Assembly: GCA_002189035.1 (NCBI GenBank)
Contig: NEEC01000364.1
Location: 1-32,608, forward strand
Direction: 5' to 3'
Length of the DNA stretch: 32,608 nucleotides
Source of the DNA: Utricularia gibba
Taxonomy: Eukaryota > Plantae > Magnoliophyta
Below the pieces are notes generated by a model. It saw only the letters and a list, made by a program, of their open reading frames with translations, was not told where the DNA came from and did no database searches. This document shows, piece by piece, positions 1 through 13,426 of the stretch. Position numbers and translations under genes: made by a program. Every line of letters starts with the position of its first letter. The first letter of the stretch is position 1.

Positions 1-3000
1 AAAAGTGATGTATTTATTAACGTTCGGTTTTCGGGGGCTGCCTACATGGTTTTTCAAGGAACCGCTTCTCGTTTTGTGGCGGCCAGTCTCGCTGGGAACT
101 TGGTCCTTGACCCCATTCTGTATGGCTCATGAGGTCAACTGGATGCAAATCGATTAAAAAATGATGCATTTGTTTAAATTATGATGTCACGTGCACCCCA
201 CATGATTTTTTCAACAACTTACTTTATACTTGAGCAGGCGGTCTTTGGGTGCACCTGGAACGGGACAAAGGTAAGTTGGCTTGCACCGAGAGTTAGTTGT
301 AGTCCGGCAAATAAAGTGATGTATTTATTATCGTTCGGTTTTCGGGGTGCCTACATGGTTTTTCAAGGAACCGCTTCTCGTTTTGTGGCGGCCAGTCTCG
401 CTGGGAACTTGGTCCTTGACCCCGATTCTGTATGGCTCATGAGGTCAACTGGATGCAAATCGATTAAAAAAAAATGATGCATTTGTTTAAATTATGATGT
501 CACGTGCACCCCACATGATTTTTTCAACAACTTACTTTATACTTGAGCAGGCGGTCTTTGGGTGCACCTGGAACGGGACAAAGGTAAGGTTTGGCTTGCA
601 CCGAGAGTTAGTTGTAGTCCGGCAAATAAAGTGATGTATTTATTATCGTTCGGTTTTCGGGGGCTGCCTACATGGTTTTTTCAAGGAACCGCTTCTCGTT
701 TTGTGGCGGCCAGTCTCGCTGGGAACTTGGTCCTTGACCCGATTCTGTATGGCTCATGAGGTCAACTGGATGCAAATCGATTAAAAAAAAATGATGCATT
801 TGTTTAAATTATGATGTCACGTGCACCCCACATGATTTTTTCAACAACTTACTTTATACTTGAGCAGGCGTCTTTGGGTGCACCTGGAACGGGACAAAGG
901 TAAGTTGGCTTGCACCGAGAGTTAGTTGTAGTCCGGCAAATAAAGTGATGTATTTATTATCGTTCGGTTTTCGGGGGCTGCCTACATGGTTTTTCAAGGA
1001 ACCGCTTCTCGTTTTGTGGCGGCCAGTCTCGCTGGAACTTGGTCCTTGACCCGATTCTGTATGGCTCATGAGGTCAACTGGATGCAAATCGATTAAAAAA
1101 ATGATGCATTTGTTTAAATTATGATGTCACGTGCACCCCACATGATTTTTTCAACAACTTACTTTATACTTGAGCAGGCGGTCTTTGGGTGCACCTGGAA
1201 CGGGACAAAGGTAAGTTTGGCTTGCACCGAGAGTTAGTTGTAGTCCGGCAAATAAAGTGATGTATTTATTATCGTTCGGTTTTCGGGGGCTGCCTACATG
1301 GTTTTTCAAGGAACCGCTTCTCGTTTTGTGCGGCCAGTCTCGCTGGAACTTGGTCCTTGACCCGATTCTGTATGGCTCATGAGGTCAACTGGATGCAAAT
1401 CGATTAAAAAAAATGATGCATTTGTTTAAATTATGATGTCACGTGCACCCCACATGATTTTTTCAACAACTTACTTTATACTTGAGCAGGCGGTCTTTGG
1501 GTGCACTGGAACGGGACAAAGGTAGGTTTGGCTTGCACCGAGAGTTAGTTGTAGTCCGGCAAATAAAGTGATGTATTTATTATCGTTCGGTTTTCGGGTG
1601 CCTACATGGTTTTTCAAGGAACCGCTTCTCGTTTTGTGGCGGCCAGTCTCGCTGGGAACTTGGTCCTTGACCCGATTCTGTATGGCTCATGAGGTCAACT
1701 GGATGCAAATCGATTAAAAAAAAATGCATTTGTTTAAATTATGATGTCACGTGCACCCACATGATTTTTTCAACAACTTACTTTATACTTGAGCAGGCGG
1801 TCTTTGGGTGCACTGGAACGGGACAAAGGTAAGTTTGGCTTGCACGAGAGTTAGTTGTAGTCCGGCAAATAAAGTGATGTATTTATTATCGTTCGTTTTT
1901 CGGGGCTGCCTACATGGTTTTTCAAGGAACCGCTTCTCGTTTTGTGGCGGCCAGTCTCGCTGGGAACTTGGTCCTTGACCCGATTCTGTATGGCTCATGA
2001 GGTCAACTGGATGCAAATCGATTAAAAAAAATGATGCATTTGTTTAAATTATGATGTCACGTGCACCCCACATGATTTTTTCAACAACTTACTTTATACT
2101 TGAGCAGGCGGTCTTTGGGTGCACTGGAACGGGACAAAGGTAAGTTTGGCTTGCACCGAGAGTTAGTTGTAGTCGGCAAATAAAGTGATGTATTTATTAT
2201 CGTTCGGTTTTCGGGGCTGCCTACATGGTTTTTCAAGGAACCGCTTCTCGTTTTGTGGCGGCCAGTCTCGCTGGGAACTTGGTCCTTGACCCGATTCTGT
2301 ATGGCTCATGAGGTCAACTGGATGCAAATCGATTAAAAAAAAATGATGCATTTGTTTAAATTATGATGTCACGTGCACCCACATGATTTTTTCAACAACT
2401 TACTTTATACTTGAGCAGGCGGTCTTTGGGTGCACCTGGAACGGGACAAAGGTAAGTTTGGCTTGCACCGAGAGTTAGTTGTAGTCCGGCAAATAAAGTG
2501 ATGTATTTATTATCGTTCGGTTTTCGGGGTGCCTACATGGTTTTTCAAGGAACCGCTTCTCGTTTTGTGGCGGCCAGTCTCGCTGGGAACTTGGTCCTTG
2601 ACCCGATTCTGTATGGCTCATGAGGTCAACTGGATGCAAATCGATTAAAAAAAATGATGCATTTGTTTAAATTATGATGTCACGTGCACCCCACATGATT
2701 TTTTCAACAACTTATTTATATTGAGCAGGCGGTCTTTGGGTGCACTGGAACGGGACAAAGGTAAGTTTGGCTTGCACCGAGAGTTAGTTGTAGTCCGGCA
2801 AATAAAGTGATGTATTTATTATCGTTCGGTTTTCGGGTGCCTACATGGTTTTTCAAGGAACCGCTTCTCGTTTTGTGGCGGCCAGTCTCGCTGGGAACTT
2901 GGTCCTTGACCCGATTCTGTATGGCTCATGAGGTCAACTGGATGCAAATCGATTAAAAAAAATGATGCATTTGTTTAAATTATGATGTCACGTGCACCCC

Positions 3001-3286
3001 ACATGATTTTTTTAACAACTTACTTTATACTTGAGCAGGCGGTCTTTGGGTGCACTGGAACGGGACAAAGGTAGTTTGGCTTGCACCGAGAGTTAGTTGT
3101 AGTCCGGCAAATAAAGTGATGTATTTATTATCGTTCGGTTTTCGGGGCTGCCTACATGGTTTTTCAAGGAACCGCTTCTCGTTTTGTGGCGGCCAGTCTC
3201 GCTGGGAACTTGGTCCTTGACCCGATTCTGTATGGCTCATGAGGTCAACTGGATGCAAATCGATAAAAAAAATGATGCATTTGTTT

Positions 3287-3590
3287 AAATTATGATGTCA
3301 CGTGCACCCACATGATTTTTTTAACAACTACTTTATACTGAGGAGGCGGTCTTTGGGGGCACCTTGGAACGGAAAAAGATCAGCTTAGGCTTGGCCAAGT
3401 AAGTTGTAGCCGGCAAAGAAAGTGATGTATTTATTATCGTTCGGTTTTCGGGTTGCCTACATGGTTTTTCAAGGAACAGCTTCTCGTTTTGTGGCGGCCA
3501 GTCTCGCTAGGAACTTGGTCCGGGCCCCGATTCTTTATGGCTCATGAGGACAAAAGGATGCAAATCGATGAATAAATGATGCATTTGTTT
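3287..3590 (+). repeat. Divergent B-type monomer (M11)
   Basis: Diagnostic GAGGAGGCGG, GGAAAAAGATCAGCTTAGGC, GGCAAAGAAAG, GAACAGC, GCTAGG, CCGGGCCCC, TTCTTTATGG, GAGGACAAAAGG. Confidence 0.9.
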
Positions 3591-4520
3591 AAATTACGAT
3601 ATCACGTGCACCCACATGATTTTTTCAACAACTTACTTTATACTTGAGCAGGCGGTCTTTGGGTGCACTTGGAACGGGACAAAGGTAAGGTTGGCTTGCA
3701 CGAGAGTTAGTTGTAGTCCGGCAAATAAAGATGTATTTTATTATCGTTCGTTTTCGGGGCTGCCTACATGGTTTTTCAAGGAACCGCTTCTCGTTTTGTG
3801 GCGGCCAGTCTCGCTGGGAACTTGGTCCTTGACCCCGATTCTGTATGGCTCATGAGGTCAACTGGATGCAAATCGATTAAAAAAAATGATGCATTTGTTT
3901 AAATTATGATGTCACGTGCACCCCACATGATTTTTTCAACAACTTACTTTATACTTGAGCAGGCGGTCTTTGGGTGCACCTGGAACGGGACAAAGTAAGT
4001 TTGGCTTGCACCGAGAGTTAGTTGTAGTCCGGCAAAAAAGTGATGTATTTATTCGTTCGGTTTTCGGGGGCTGCCTACATGGTTTTTCAAGGAACCGCTT
4101 CTCGTTTTGTGGCGGCCAGTCTCGCTGGGAACTTGGTCCTTGACCCGATTCTGTATGGCTCATGAGGTCAACTGGATGCAAATCGATTAAAAAAATGATG
4201 CATTTGTTTAAATTATGATGTCACGTGCACCCCACATGATTTTTTCAACAACTTACTTTATACTTGAGCAGGCGGTCTTTGGGTGCACTGGAACGGGACA
4301 AAGGTAAGTTTGGCTTGCACCGAGAGTTAGTTGTAGTCCGGCAAATAAAGTGATGTATTTATTATCGTTCGTTTTTCGGGGGCTGCCTACATGGTTTTTC
4401 AAGGAACCGCTTCTCGTTTTTGGCGGCCAGTCTCGCTGGGAACTTGGTCCTTGACCCATTCTGTATGGCTCATGAGGTCAACTGGATGCAAATCGATTAA
4501 AAAAAATGATGCATTTGTTT

Positions 4521-4823
4521 AAATTATGATGTCACGTGCACCCCACATGATTTTTTTAAACAACTACTTTATACTGAGGAGGCGGTCTTTGGGGGCACTT
4601 GGAACCGGAAAAGATCAGCTTAGGCTTGGCCCAAAGTAAGTTGTAGCCCGGCAAAGAAAGTGATGTATTTATTAACGTTCGGTTTTCGGTGTTGCCTACA
4701 TGGTTTTTCAAGGAACAGCTTCTCGTTTTGTGGCGGCCAGTCTCGCTGGAACTTGGTCCCCGATTCTTTATGGCTCATGAGGACAAAAGGATGCAAATCG
4801 ATGAAACAATGATGCATTTGTTT
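4521..4823 (+). repeat. Divergent B-type monomer (M15)
   Basis: Same linked diagnostic set, including ATTAACGTTC and CGGTGTTGCC. Confidence 0.9.
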
Positions 4824-5747
4824 AAATTACGATGTCACGTGCACCCCACATGATTTTTTCAACAACTTACTTTATACTTGAGCAGGCGGTCTTTGGGTGC
4901 ACTGGAACGGGACAAAGGTAAGGTTGGCTTGCACGAGAGTTAGTTGTAGTCCGGCAAATAAAGATGTATTTATTATCGTTCGGTTTTCGGGGTGCCTACA
5001 TGGTTTTTCAAGGAACCGCTTCTCGTTTTTGGGGCCAGTCTCGCTGGGAACTTGGTCCTTGACCCGATTCTGTATGGCTCATGAGGTCAACTGGATGCAA
5101 ATCGATTAAAAAAAATGATGCATTTGTTTAAATTATGATGTCACGTGCACCCCACATGATTTTTTCAACAACTTACTTTATACTTGAGCAGGCGGTCTTG
5201 GGGAGGAACGGACAAAGTCAGCTTAGGCTTGCACCGAGAGTTAGTTGTAGTCCGGCAAATAAAGTGATGTATTTATTATCGTTCGGTTTTCGGGGGCTGC
5301 CTACATGGTTTTTCAAGGAACCGCTTCTCGTTTTGTGGCGGCCAGTCTCGCTGGGAACTTGGTCCTTGACCGATTCTGTATGGCTCATGAGGTCAACTGG
5401 ATGCAAATCGATTAAAAAAAATGATGCATTTGTTTAAATTATGATGTCACGTGCACCCCACATGATTTTTTCAACAACTTACTTTATACTTGAGCAGGCG
5501 GTCTTTGGGTGCACTGGAACGGGACAAAGGTAATGTTGGCTTGCACCGAGAGTTAGTTGTAGTCCGGCAAATAAAGTGATGTATTTATTATCGTTCGTTT
5601 TTCGGGGCTGCCTACATGGTTTTTCAAGGAACCGCTTCTCGTTTTGTGGCGGCCAGTCTCGCTGGGAACTTGGTCCTTGACCCCGATTCTGTATGGCTCA
5701 TGAGGTCAACTGGATGCAAATCGATTAAAAAAATGATGCATTTGTTT

Positions 5748-6031
5748 AAATTACGATGTCACGTGCACCCCACATGATTTTTTAACAACTTACTTTATAC
5801 TGAGTTTTGGGGGCACTTGGAACGGAAAAAGATCAGCTTAGGCTTGCCAAGTAAGTTGTAGCCCGGCAAAGAAAGTGATGTATTTATTATCGTTCGGTTT
5901 TCGGTTGCCTACATGGTTTTTCAAGGAACAGCTTCTCGTTTTGTGGCGGCCAGTCTCGCTGGAACTTGGTCCGATTCTGTATGGCTCATGAGGTCAAGGA
6001 TGCAAATCGATGAAAAAAAATGCATTTGTTT
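5748..6031 (+). repeat. B-like monomer (M19), shortened, drifting toward A-type at the right end
   Basis: GATCAGCTTAGG, GCCCGGCAAAGAAAG and GAACAGC are present, but the right end has TTCTGTATGG and GAGGTCAA; 284 bp. Confidence 0.75.
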
Positions 6032-6646
6032 AAATTACGATATCACGTGCACCCCACATGATTTTTTCAACAACTTACTTTATACTTGAGCAGGCGGTCT
6101 GGGTGCACTTGGAACGGGACAAAGGTAAGGTTGGCTTGCAGAGAGTTAGTTGTAGTCCGGCAAATAAAGATGTATTTATTATCGTTCGGTTTTCGGGGCT
6201 GCCTACATGGTTTTTCAAGGAACCGCTTCTCGTTTTGTGGCGGCCAGTCTCGCTGGGAACTTGGTCCTTGACCCCGATTCTGTATGGCTCATGAGGTCAA
6301 CTGGATGCAAATCGATTAAAAAAAATGATGCATTTGTTTAAATTATGATGTCACGTGCACCCCACATGATTTTTTCAACAACTTACTTTATACTTGAGCA
6401 GGCGGTCTTTGGGGGGGGAACGGACAAAGGTAGTTAGGCTTGCACGAGAGTTAGTTGTAGTCCGGCAAATAAAGTGATGTATTTATTATCGTTCGGTTTT
6501 CGGGGCTGCCTACATGGTTTTTCAAGGAACCGCTTCTCGTTTTGTGGCGGCCAGTCTCGCTGGGAACTTGGTCCTTGACCCCGATTCTGTATGGCTCATG
6601 AGGTCAACTGGATGCAAATCGATTAAAAAAAATGATGCATTTGTTT

Positions 6647-6950
6647 AAATTATGATGTCACGTGCACCCCACATGATTTTTTTAACAACTACTTTATACT
6701 GAGGAGGCGGTCTTGGGGGCACTTGGAACGGAAAAAGGTAGCTTAGGCCTTGGCCCAAAGTAAGTTGTAGCCCGGCAAAGAAAGTGATGTATTTATTAAC
6801 GTTCGGTTTTCGGTTGCCTACATGGTTTTTCAAGGAACAGCTTCTCGTTTTGTGGCGGCCAGTCTCGCTAGGAACTTGGTCCGGGCCCGATTCTTTATGG
6901 CTCATGAGGACAAAAGGATGCAAATCGATGAAAAAATGATGCATTTGTTT
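6647..6950 (+). repeat. Divergent B-type monomer (M22)
   Basis: GAGGAGG, GCTTAGGC, AAAGAAAG, TAACGTT, GCTAGG, CCGGGCCC, GACAAAAGG. Confidence 0.9.
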
Positions 6951-9900
6951 AAATTACGATATCACGTGCACCCCACATGATTTTTTCAACAACTTACTTT
7001 ATACTTGAGCAGGCGGTCTTTGGGTGCACTTGGAACGGGACAAAGGTAAGTTTGGCTTGCACCGAGAGTTAGTTGTAGTCCGGCAAATAAAGTGATGTAT
7101 TTATTATCGTTCGGTTTTCGGGGTGCCTACATGGTTTTTCAAGGAACCGCTTCTCGTTTTGTGGCGGCCAGTCTCGCTGGAACTTGGTCCTTGACCCCGA
7201 TTCTGTATGGCTCATGAGGTCAACTGGATGCAAATCGATTAAAAAAAATGATGCATTTGTTTAAATTATGATGTCACGTGCACCCCACATGATTTTTTAA
7301 CAACTTACTTTATACTTGAGGAGGCGGTAAAAGGTAAAGAGTTAGTTGTAGCCGGCAAATAAAGTGATGTTTTTATTAACGTTCGGTTTTCGGGGCTGCC
7401 TACATGGTTTTTCAAGGAACCGCTTCTCGTTTTGTGGCGGCCAGTCTCGCTGGGAACTTGGTCCTTGACCCATTCTGTATGGCTCATGAGGTCAACTGGA
7501 TGCAAATCGATTAAAAAAAATGATGCATTTGTTTAAATTATGATGTCACGTGCACCCCACATGATTTTTTCAACAACTTACTTTATACTTGAGCAGGCGG
7601 TCTTTGGGTGCACCTGGAACGGGACAAAGGTAAGTTTGGCTTGCACCGAGAGTTAGTTGTAGTCCGGCAAATAAAGTGATGTATTTATTATCGTTCGGTT
7701 TTCGGGGGCTGCCTACATGTTTTTTCAAGGAACCGCTTCTCGTTTTGTGGCGGCCAGTCTCGCTGGGAACTTGGTCCTTGACCCCGATTCTGTATGGCTC
7801 ATGAGGTCAACTGGATGCAAATCGATTAAAAAAAATGATGCATTTGTTTAAATTATGATGTCACGTGCACCCACATGATTTTTTCAACAACTTACTTTAT
7901 ACTTGAGCAGGCGGTCTTTGGGTGCACCTGGAACGGGACAAAGGTAAGCTTTGGCTTGCACCGAGAGTTAGTTGTAGTCCGGCAAATAAAGTGATGTATT
8001 TATTATCGTTCGGTTTTCGGGGCTGCCTACATGGTTTTTCAAGGAACCGCTTCTCGTTTTGTGGCGGCCAGTCTCGCTGGGAACTTGGTCCTTGACCCCG
8101 ATTCTGTATGGCTCATGAGGTCAACTGGATGCAAATCGATTAAAAAAAAATGATGCATTTGTTTAAATTATATGTCACGTGCACCCCACATGATTTTTTA
8201 ACAACTTACTTTATACTTGAGCAGGCGGTCTTTGGGTGCACTGGAACGGGACAAAGGTAAGTTGGCTTGCAAGAGTTAGTTGTAGTCCGGCAAATAAAGT
8301 GATGTATTTATTATCGTTCGGTTTTCGGGGTGCCTACATGGTTTTTCAAGGAACCGCTTCTCGTTTTGTGGCGGCCAGTCTCGCTGGAACTTGGTCCTTG
8401 ACCGATTCTGTATGGCTCATGAGGTCAACTGGATGCAAATCGATTAAAAAAAATGATGCATTTGTTTAAATTATGATGTCACGTGCACCCCACATGATTT
8501 TTTCAACAACTTACTTTATACTTGAGCAGGCGGTCTTTGGGTGCACCTGGAACGGGACAAAGGTAAGTTTGGCTTGCACCGAGAGTTAGTTGTAGTCCGG
8601 CAAATAAAGTGATGTATTTATTATCGTTCGGTTTTTCGGGGGCTGCCTACATGGTTTTTCAAGGAACCGCTTCTCGTTTTGTGGCGGCCAGTCTCGCTGG
8701 GAACTTGGTCCTTGACCCCGATTCTGTATGGCTCATGAGGTCAACTGGATGCAAATCGATTAAAAAAAATGATGCATTTGTTTAAATTATGATGTCACGT
8801 GCACCCCACATGATTTTTTCAACAACTTACTTTATACTTGAGCAGGCGTCTTTGGGTGCACTGGAACGGGACAAAGTAAGGTTTGGCTTGCACCGAGAGT
8901 TAGTTGTAGTCCGGCAAATAAAGTGATGTATTTATTATCGTTCGGTTTTCGGGGCTGCCTACATGGTTTTTCAAGGAACCGCTTCTCGTTTTGTGGCGGC
9001 CAGTCTCGCTGGGAACTTGGTCCTTGACCCCGATTCTGTATGGCTCATGAGGAACTGGATGCAAATCGATTAAAAAAATGATGCATTTGTTTAAATTATG
9101 ATGTCACGTGCACCCCACATGATTTTTTCAACAACTTACTTTATACTTGAGCAGGCGGTCTTTGGGTGCACTGGAACGGGACAAAGGTAAGTTTGGCTTG
9201 CACCGAGAGTTAGTTGTAGTCCGGCAAATAAAGTGATGTATTTATTATCGTTCGTTTTCGGGGGCTGCCTACATGGTTTTTCAAGGAACCGCTTCTCGTT
9301 TTGTGGCGGCCAGTCTCGCTGGGAACTTGGTCCTTGACCCCGATTCTGTATGGCTCATGAGGTCAACTGGATGCAAATCGATTAAAAAAAATGATGCATT
9401 TGTTTAAATTATGATGTCACGTGCACCCCACATGATTTTTTCAACAACTTACTTTATACTTGAGCAGGCGGTCTTTGGGTGCACTGGAACGGGACAAAAG
9501 TTTGGCTTGCACGAGAGTTAGTTGTAGTCCGGCAAATAAAGTGATGTATTTATTATCGTTCGGTTTTCGGGGCTGCCTACATGGTTTTTCAAGGAACCGC
9601 TTCTCGTTTTGTGGCGGCCAGTCTCGCTGGGAACTTGGTCCTTGACCCGATTCTGTATGGCTCATGAGGTCAACTGGATGCAAATCGATTAAAAAAATGA
9701 TGCATTTGTTTAAATTATGATGTCACGTGCACCCCACATGATTTTTTCAACAACTTACTTTATACTTGAGCAGGCGTCTTTGGGTGCACCTGGAACGGGA
9801 CAAAGGTAAGTTTGGCTTGCACCGAGAGTTAGTTGTAGTCCGGCAAATAAAGTGATGTATTTATTATCGTTCGGTTTTCGGGGCTGCCTACATGGTTTTT

Positions 9901-10639
9901 CAAGGAACCGCTTCTCGTTTTGTGGCGGCCAGTCTCGCTGGGAACTTGGTCCTTGACCCCGATTCTGTATGGCTCATGAGGTCAACTGGATGCAAATCGA
10001 TTAAAAAAATGATGCATTTGTTTAAATTATGATGTCACGTGCACCCCACATGATTTTTTTAACAACTTACTTTATACTTGAGCAGGCGGTCTTTGGGGCA
10101 CCTGGAACGGGACAAAGGGCTTGCACCGAGAGTTAGTTGTAGTCCGGCAAATAAAGTGATGTATTTATTATCGTTCGGTTTTCGGGGCTGCCTACATGGT
10201 TTTTCAAGGAACCGCTTCTCGTTTTGTGGCGGCCAGTCTCGCTGGGAACTTGGTCCTTGACCCGATTCTGTATGGCTCATGAGGTCAACTGGATGCAAAT
10301 CGATTAAAAAAAATGATGCATTTGTTTAAATTATGATGTCACGTGCACCCACATGATTTTTTCAACAACTTACTTTATACTTGAGCAGGCGGTCTTTGGG
10401 TGCACCTGGAACGGGACAAAGGTAGTTTGGCTTGCACCGAGAGTTAGTTGTAGTCCGGCAAATAAAGTGATGTATTTATTATCGTTCGGTTTTCGGGGGC
10501 TGCCTACATGGTTTTTCAAGGAACCGCTTCTCGTTTTGTGGCGGCCAGTCTCGCTGGGAACTTGGTCCTTGACCCCGATTCTGTATGGCTCATGAGGTCA
10601 ACTGGATGCAAATCGATAAAAAAAATGATGCATTTGTTT

Positions 10640-10945
10640 AAATTACGATGTCACGTGCACCCCACATGATTTTTTTAACAACTACTTTATACTGAGGAGG
10701 CGGTCTTTGGGCACTTGGAACGGAAAAAGATCAGCTTAGGCCTTGGCCAAAGTAAGTTGTAGCCCGGCAAAGAAAGTGATGTATTTATTAACGTTCGGTT
10801 TTCGGGGTTGCCTACATGGTTTTTCAAGGAACAGCTTCTCGTTTTGTGGCGGCCAGTCTCGCTAGGAACTTGGTCCGGGCCCCGATTCTTTATGGCTCAT
10901 GAGGACAAAAGGATGCAAATCAATGAAACAATGATGCATTTGTTT
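10640..10945 (+). repeat. Divergent B-type monomer (M35)
   Basis: Full diagnostic set present. Confidence 0.9.
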
Positions 10946-11878
10946 AAATTACGATATCACGTGCACCCCACATGATTTTTTCAACAACTTACTTTATACT
11001 TGAGCAGGCGGTTTTGGTGCACTTGGAACGGGACAAAGGTAAGGTTGGCTTGCACGAGAGTTAGTTGTAGTCCGGCAAATAAAGATGTATTTATTATCGT
11101 TCGCTTTTTCGGGGGCTGCCTACATGGTTTTTCAAGGAACCGCTTCTCGTTTTGTGGCGGCCAGTCTCGCTGGGAACTTGGTCCTTGACCCCGATTCTGT
11201 ATGGCTCATGAGGTCAACTGGATGCAAATCGATTAAAAAAAATGATGCATTTGTTTAAATTATGATGTCACGTGCACCCCACATGATTTTTTCAACAACT
11301 TACTTTATACTTGAGCAGGCGGTCTTTGGGTGCACCTGGAACGGACAAAGATAAGTTTGGCTTGCACCGAGAGTTAGTTGTAGTCCGGCAAATAAAGTGA
11401 TGTATTTATTATCGTTCGGTTTTCGGGGCTGCCTACATGGTTTTTCAAGGAACCGCTTCTCGTTTGTGGCGGCCAGTCTCGCTGGGAACTTGGTCCTTGA
11501 CCCGATTCTGTATGGCTCATGAGGTCAACTGGATGCAAATCGATTAAAAAAAATGATGCATTTGTTTAAATTATGATGTCACGTGCACCCCACATGATTT
11601 TTTCAACAACTTACTTTATACTTGAGCAGGCGGTCTTTGGGTGCACCTGGAACGGGACAAAGGTAATGTTTGGCTTGCACCGAGAGTTAGTTGTAGTCCG
11701 GCAAATAAAGTGATGTATTTATTATCGTTCGTTTTTCGGGGGCTGCCTACATGGTTTTTCAAGGAACCGCTTCTCGTTTTTGGCGGCAGTCTCGCTGGGA
11801 ACTTGGTCCTTGACCCCATTCTGTATGCTCATGAGGTCAACTGGATGCAAATCGATTAAAAAAATGATGCATTTGTTT

Positions 11879-12188
11879 AAATTACGATGTCACGTGCACC
11901 CCACATGATTTTTTAACAACATACTTTATACTGAGGAGGCGGTTTGGGGGGCACTTGGAACCGGAAAAAGATCAGCTTAGGCCTTGGCCCAAAGTAAGTT
12001 GTAGCCCGGCAAAGAAAGTGATGTATTTATTAACGTTCGGTTTTCGGTGTTGCCTACATGGTTTTTCAAGGAACAGCTTCTCGTTTTGTGGCGGCCAGTC
12101 TCGCTAGGAACTTGGTCCGGGCCCGCGATTCTTTATGGCTCATGAGGACAAAAGGATAAAATCAATGAATACAATGATGCATTTGTTT
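11879..12188 (+). repeat. Divergent B-type monomer (M39)
   Basis: Full diagnostic set, ending in ATCAATGAATACAATG. Confidence 0.9.
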
Positions 12189-13124
12189 AAATTACGATAT
12201 CACGTGCACCCCACATGATTTTTTCAACAACTTACTTTATACTTGAGCAGGCGGTCTTTGGGTGCACTTGGAACGGGACAAAGGTAAGGTTGGCTTGCAT
12301 CGAGAGTTAGTTGTAGTCCGGCAAATAAAAAGTGATGTATTTATTATCGTTCGCTTTTCGGGGCTGCCTACATGGTTTTTCAAGGAACCGCTTCTCGTTT
12401 TGTGGCGGCCAGTCTCGCTGGGATTTTGGTCCTTGACCCCGATTCTGTATGGCTCATGAGGTCAACTGGATGCAAATCGATTAAAAAAAATGATGCATTT
12501 GTTTAAATTATGATGTCACGTGCACCCACATGTTTTTTTAAACAACTTACTTTATACTTGAGCAGGCGGTCTTGGGGGGGAGGAACGGGACAAAAGTCAG
12601 CTTAGGCTTGCACCGAGAGTTAGTTGTAGTCCGGCAAATAAAGTGATGTATTTATTATCGTTCGGTTTTCGGGGGCTGCCTACATGTTTTTTCAAGGAAC
12701 CGCTTCTCGTTTTGTGGCGGCCAGTCTCGCTGGGAACTTGGTCCTTGACCGATTCTGTATGGCTCATGAGGTCAACTGGATGCAAATCGATTAAAAAAAA
12801 TGATGCATTTGTTTAAATTATGATGTCACGTGCACCCACATGATTTTTTCAACAACTTACTTTATACTTGAGCAGGCGGTCTTTGGGTGCACCTGGAACG
12901 GGACAAAGGTAATGTTTGGCTTGCACCGAGAGTTAGTTGTAGTCCGGCAAATAAAGTGATGTATTTATTATCGTTCGTTTTTCGGGGCTGCCTACATGGT
13001 TTTTCAAGGAACCGCTTCTCGTTTTTTGGCGGCAGTCTCGCTGGAACTTGGTCCTTGACCCCATTCTGTATGGCTCATGAGGTCAACTGGATGCAAATCG
13101 ATAAAAAAAATGATGCATTTGTTT

Positions 13125-13426
13125 AAATTACGATGTCACGTGCACCCCACATGATTTTTTTAACAACTACTTTATACTGAGGAGGCGGTTTTGGGGGGCA
13201 CTTGGAACCGGAAAAAGATCAGCTTAGGCCTTGCCCAAAGTAAGTTGTAGCCGGCAAAGAAAGTGATGTATTTATTAGTTCGGTTTTCGGTGTTGCCTAC
13301 ATGGTTTTTCAAGGAACAGCTTCTCGTTTTGTGGCGGCCAGTCTCGCTAGGAACTTGGTCCCCCGCGATTCTTTATGGCTCATGAGGACAAAAGGATGCA
13401 AATCAAAAAAAATGATGCATTTGTTT
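13125..13426 (+). repeat. Divergent B-type monomer (M43)
   Basis: Diagnostic set present (GAGGAGG, GATCAGCTTAGG, GAACAGC, GCTAGG, GACAAAAGG). Confidence 0.9.
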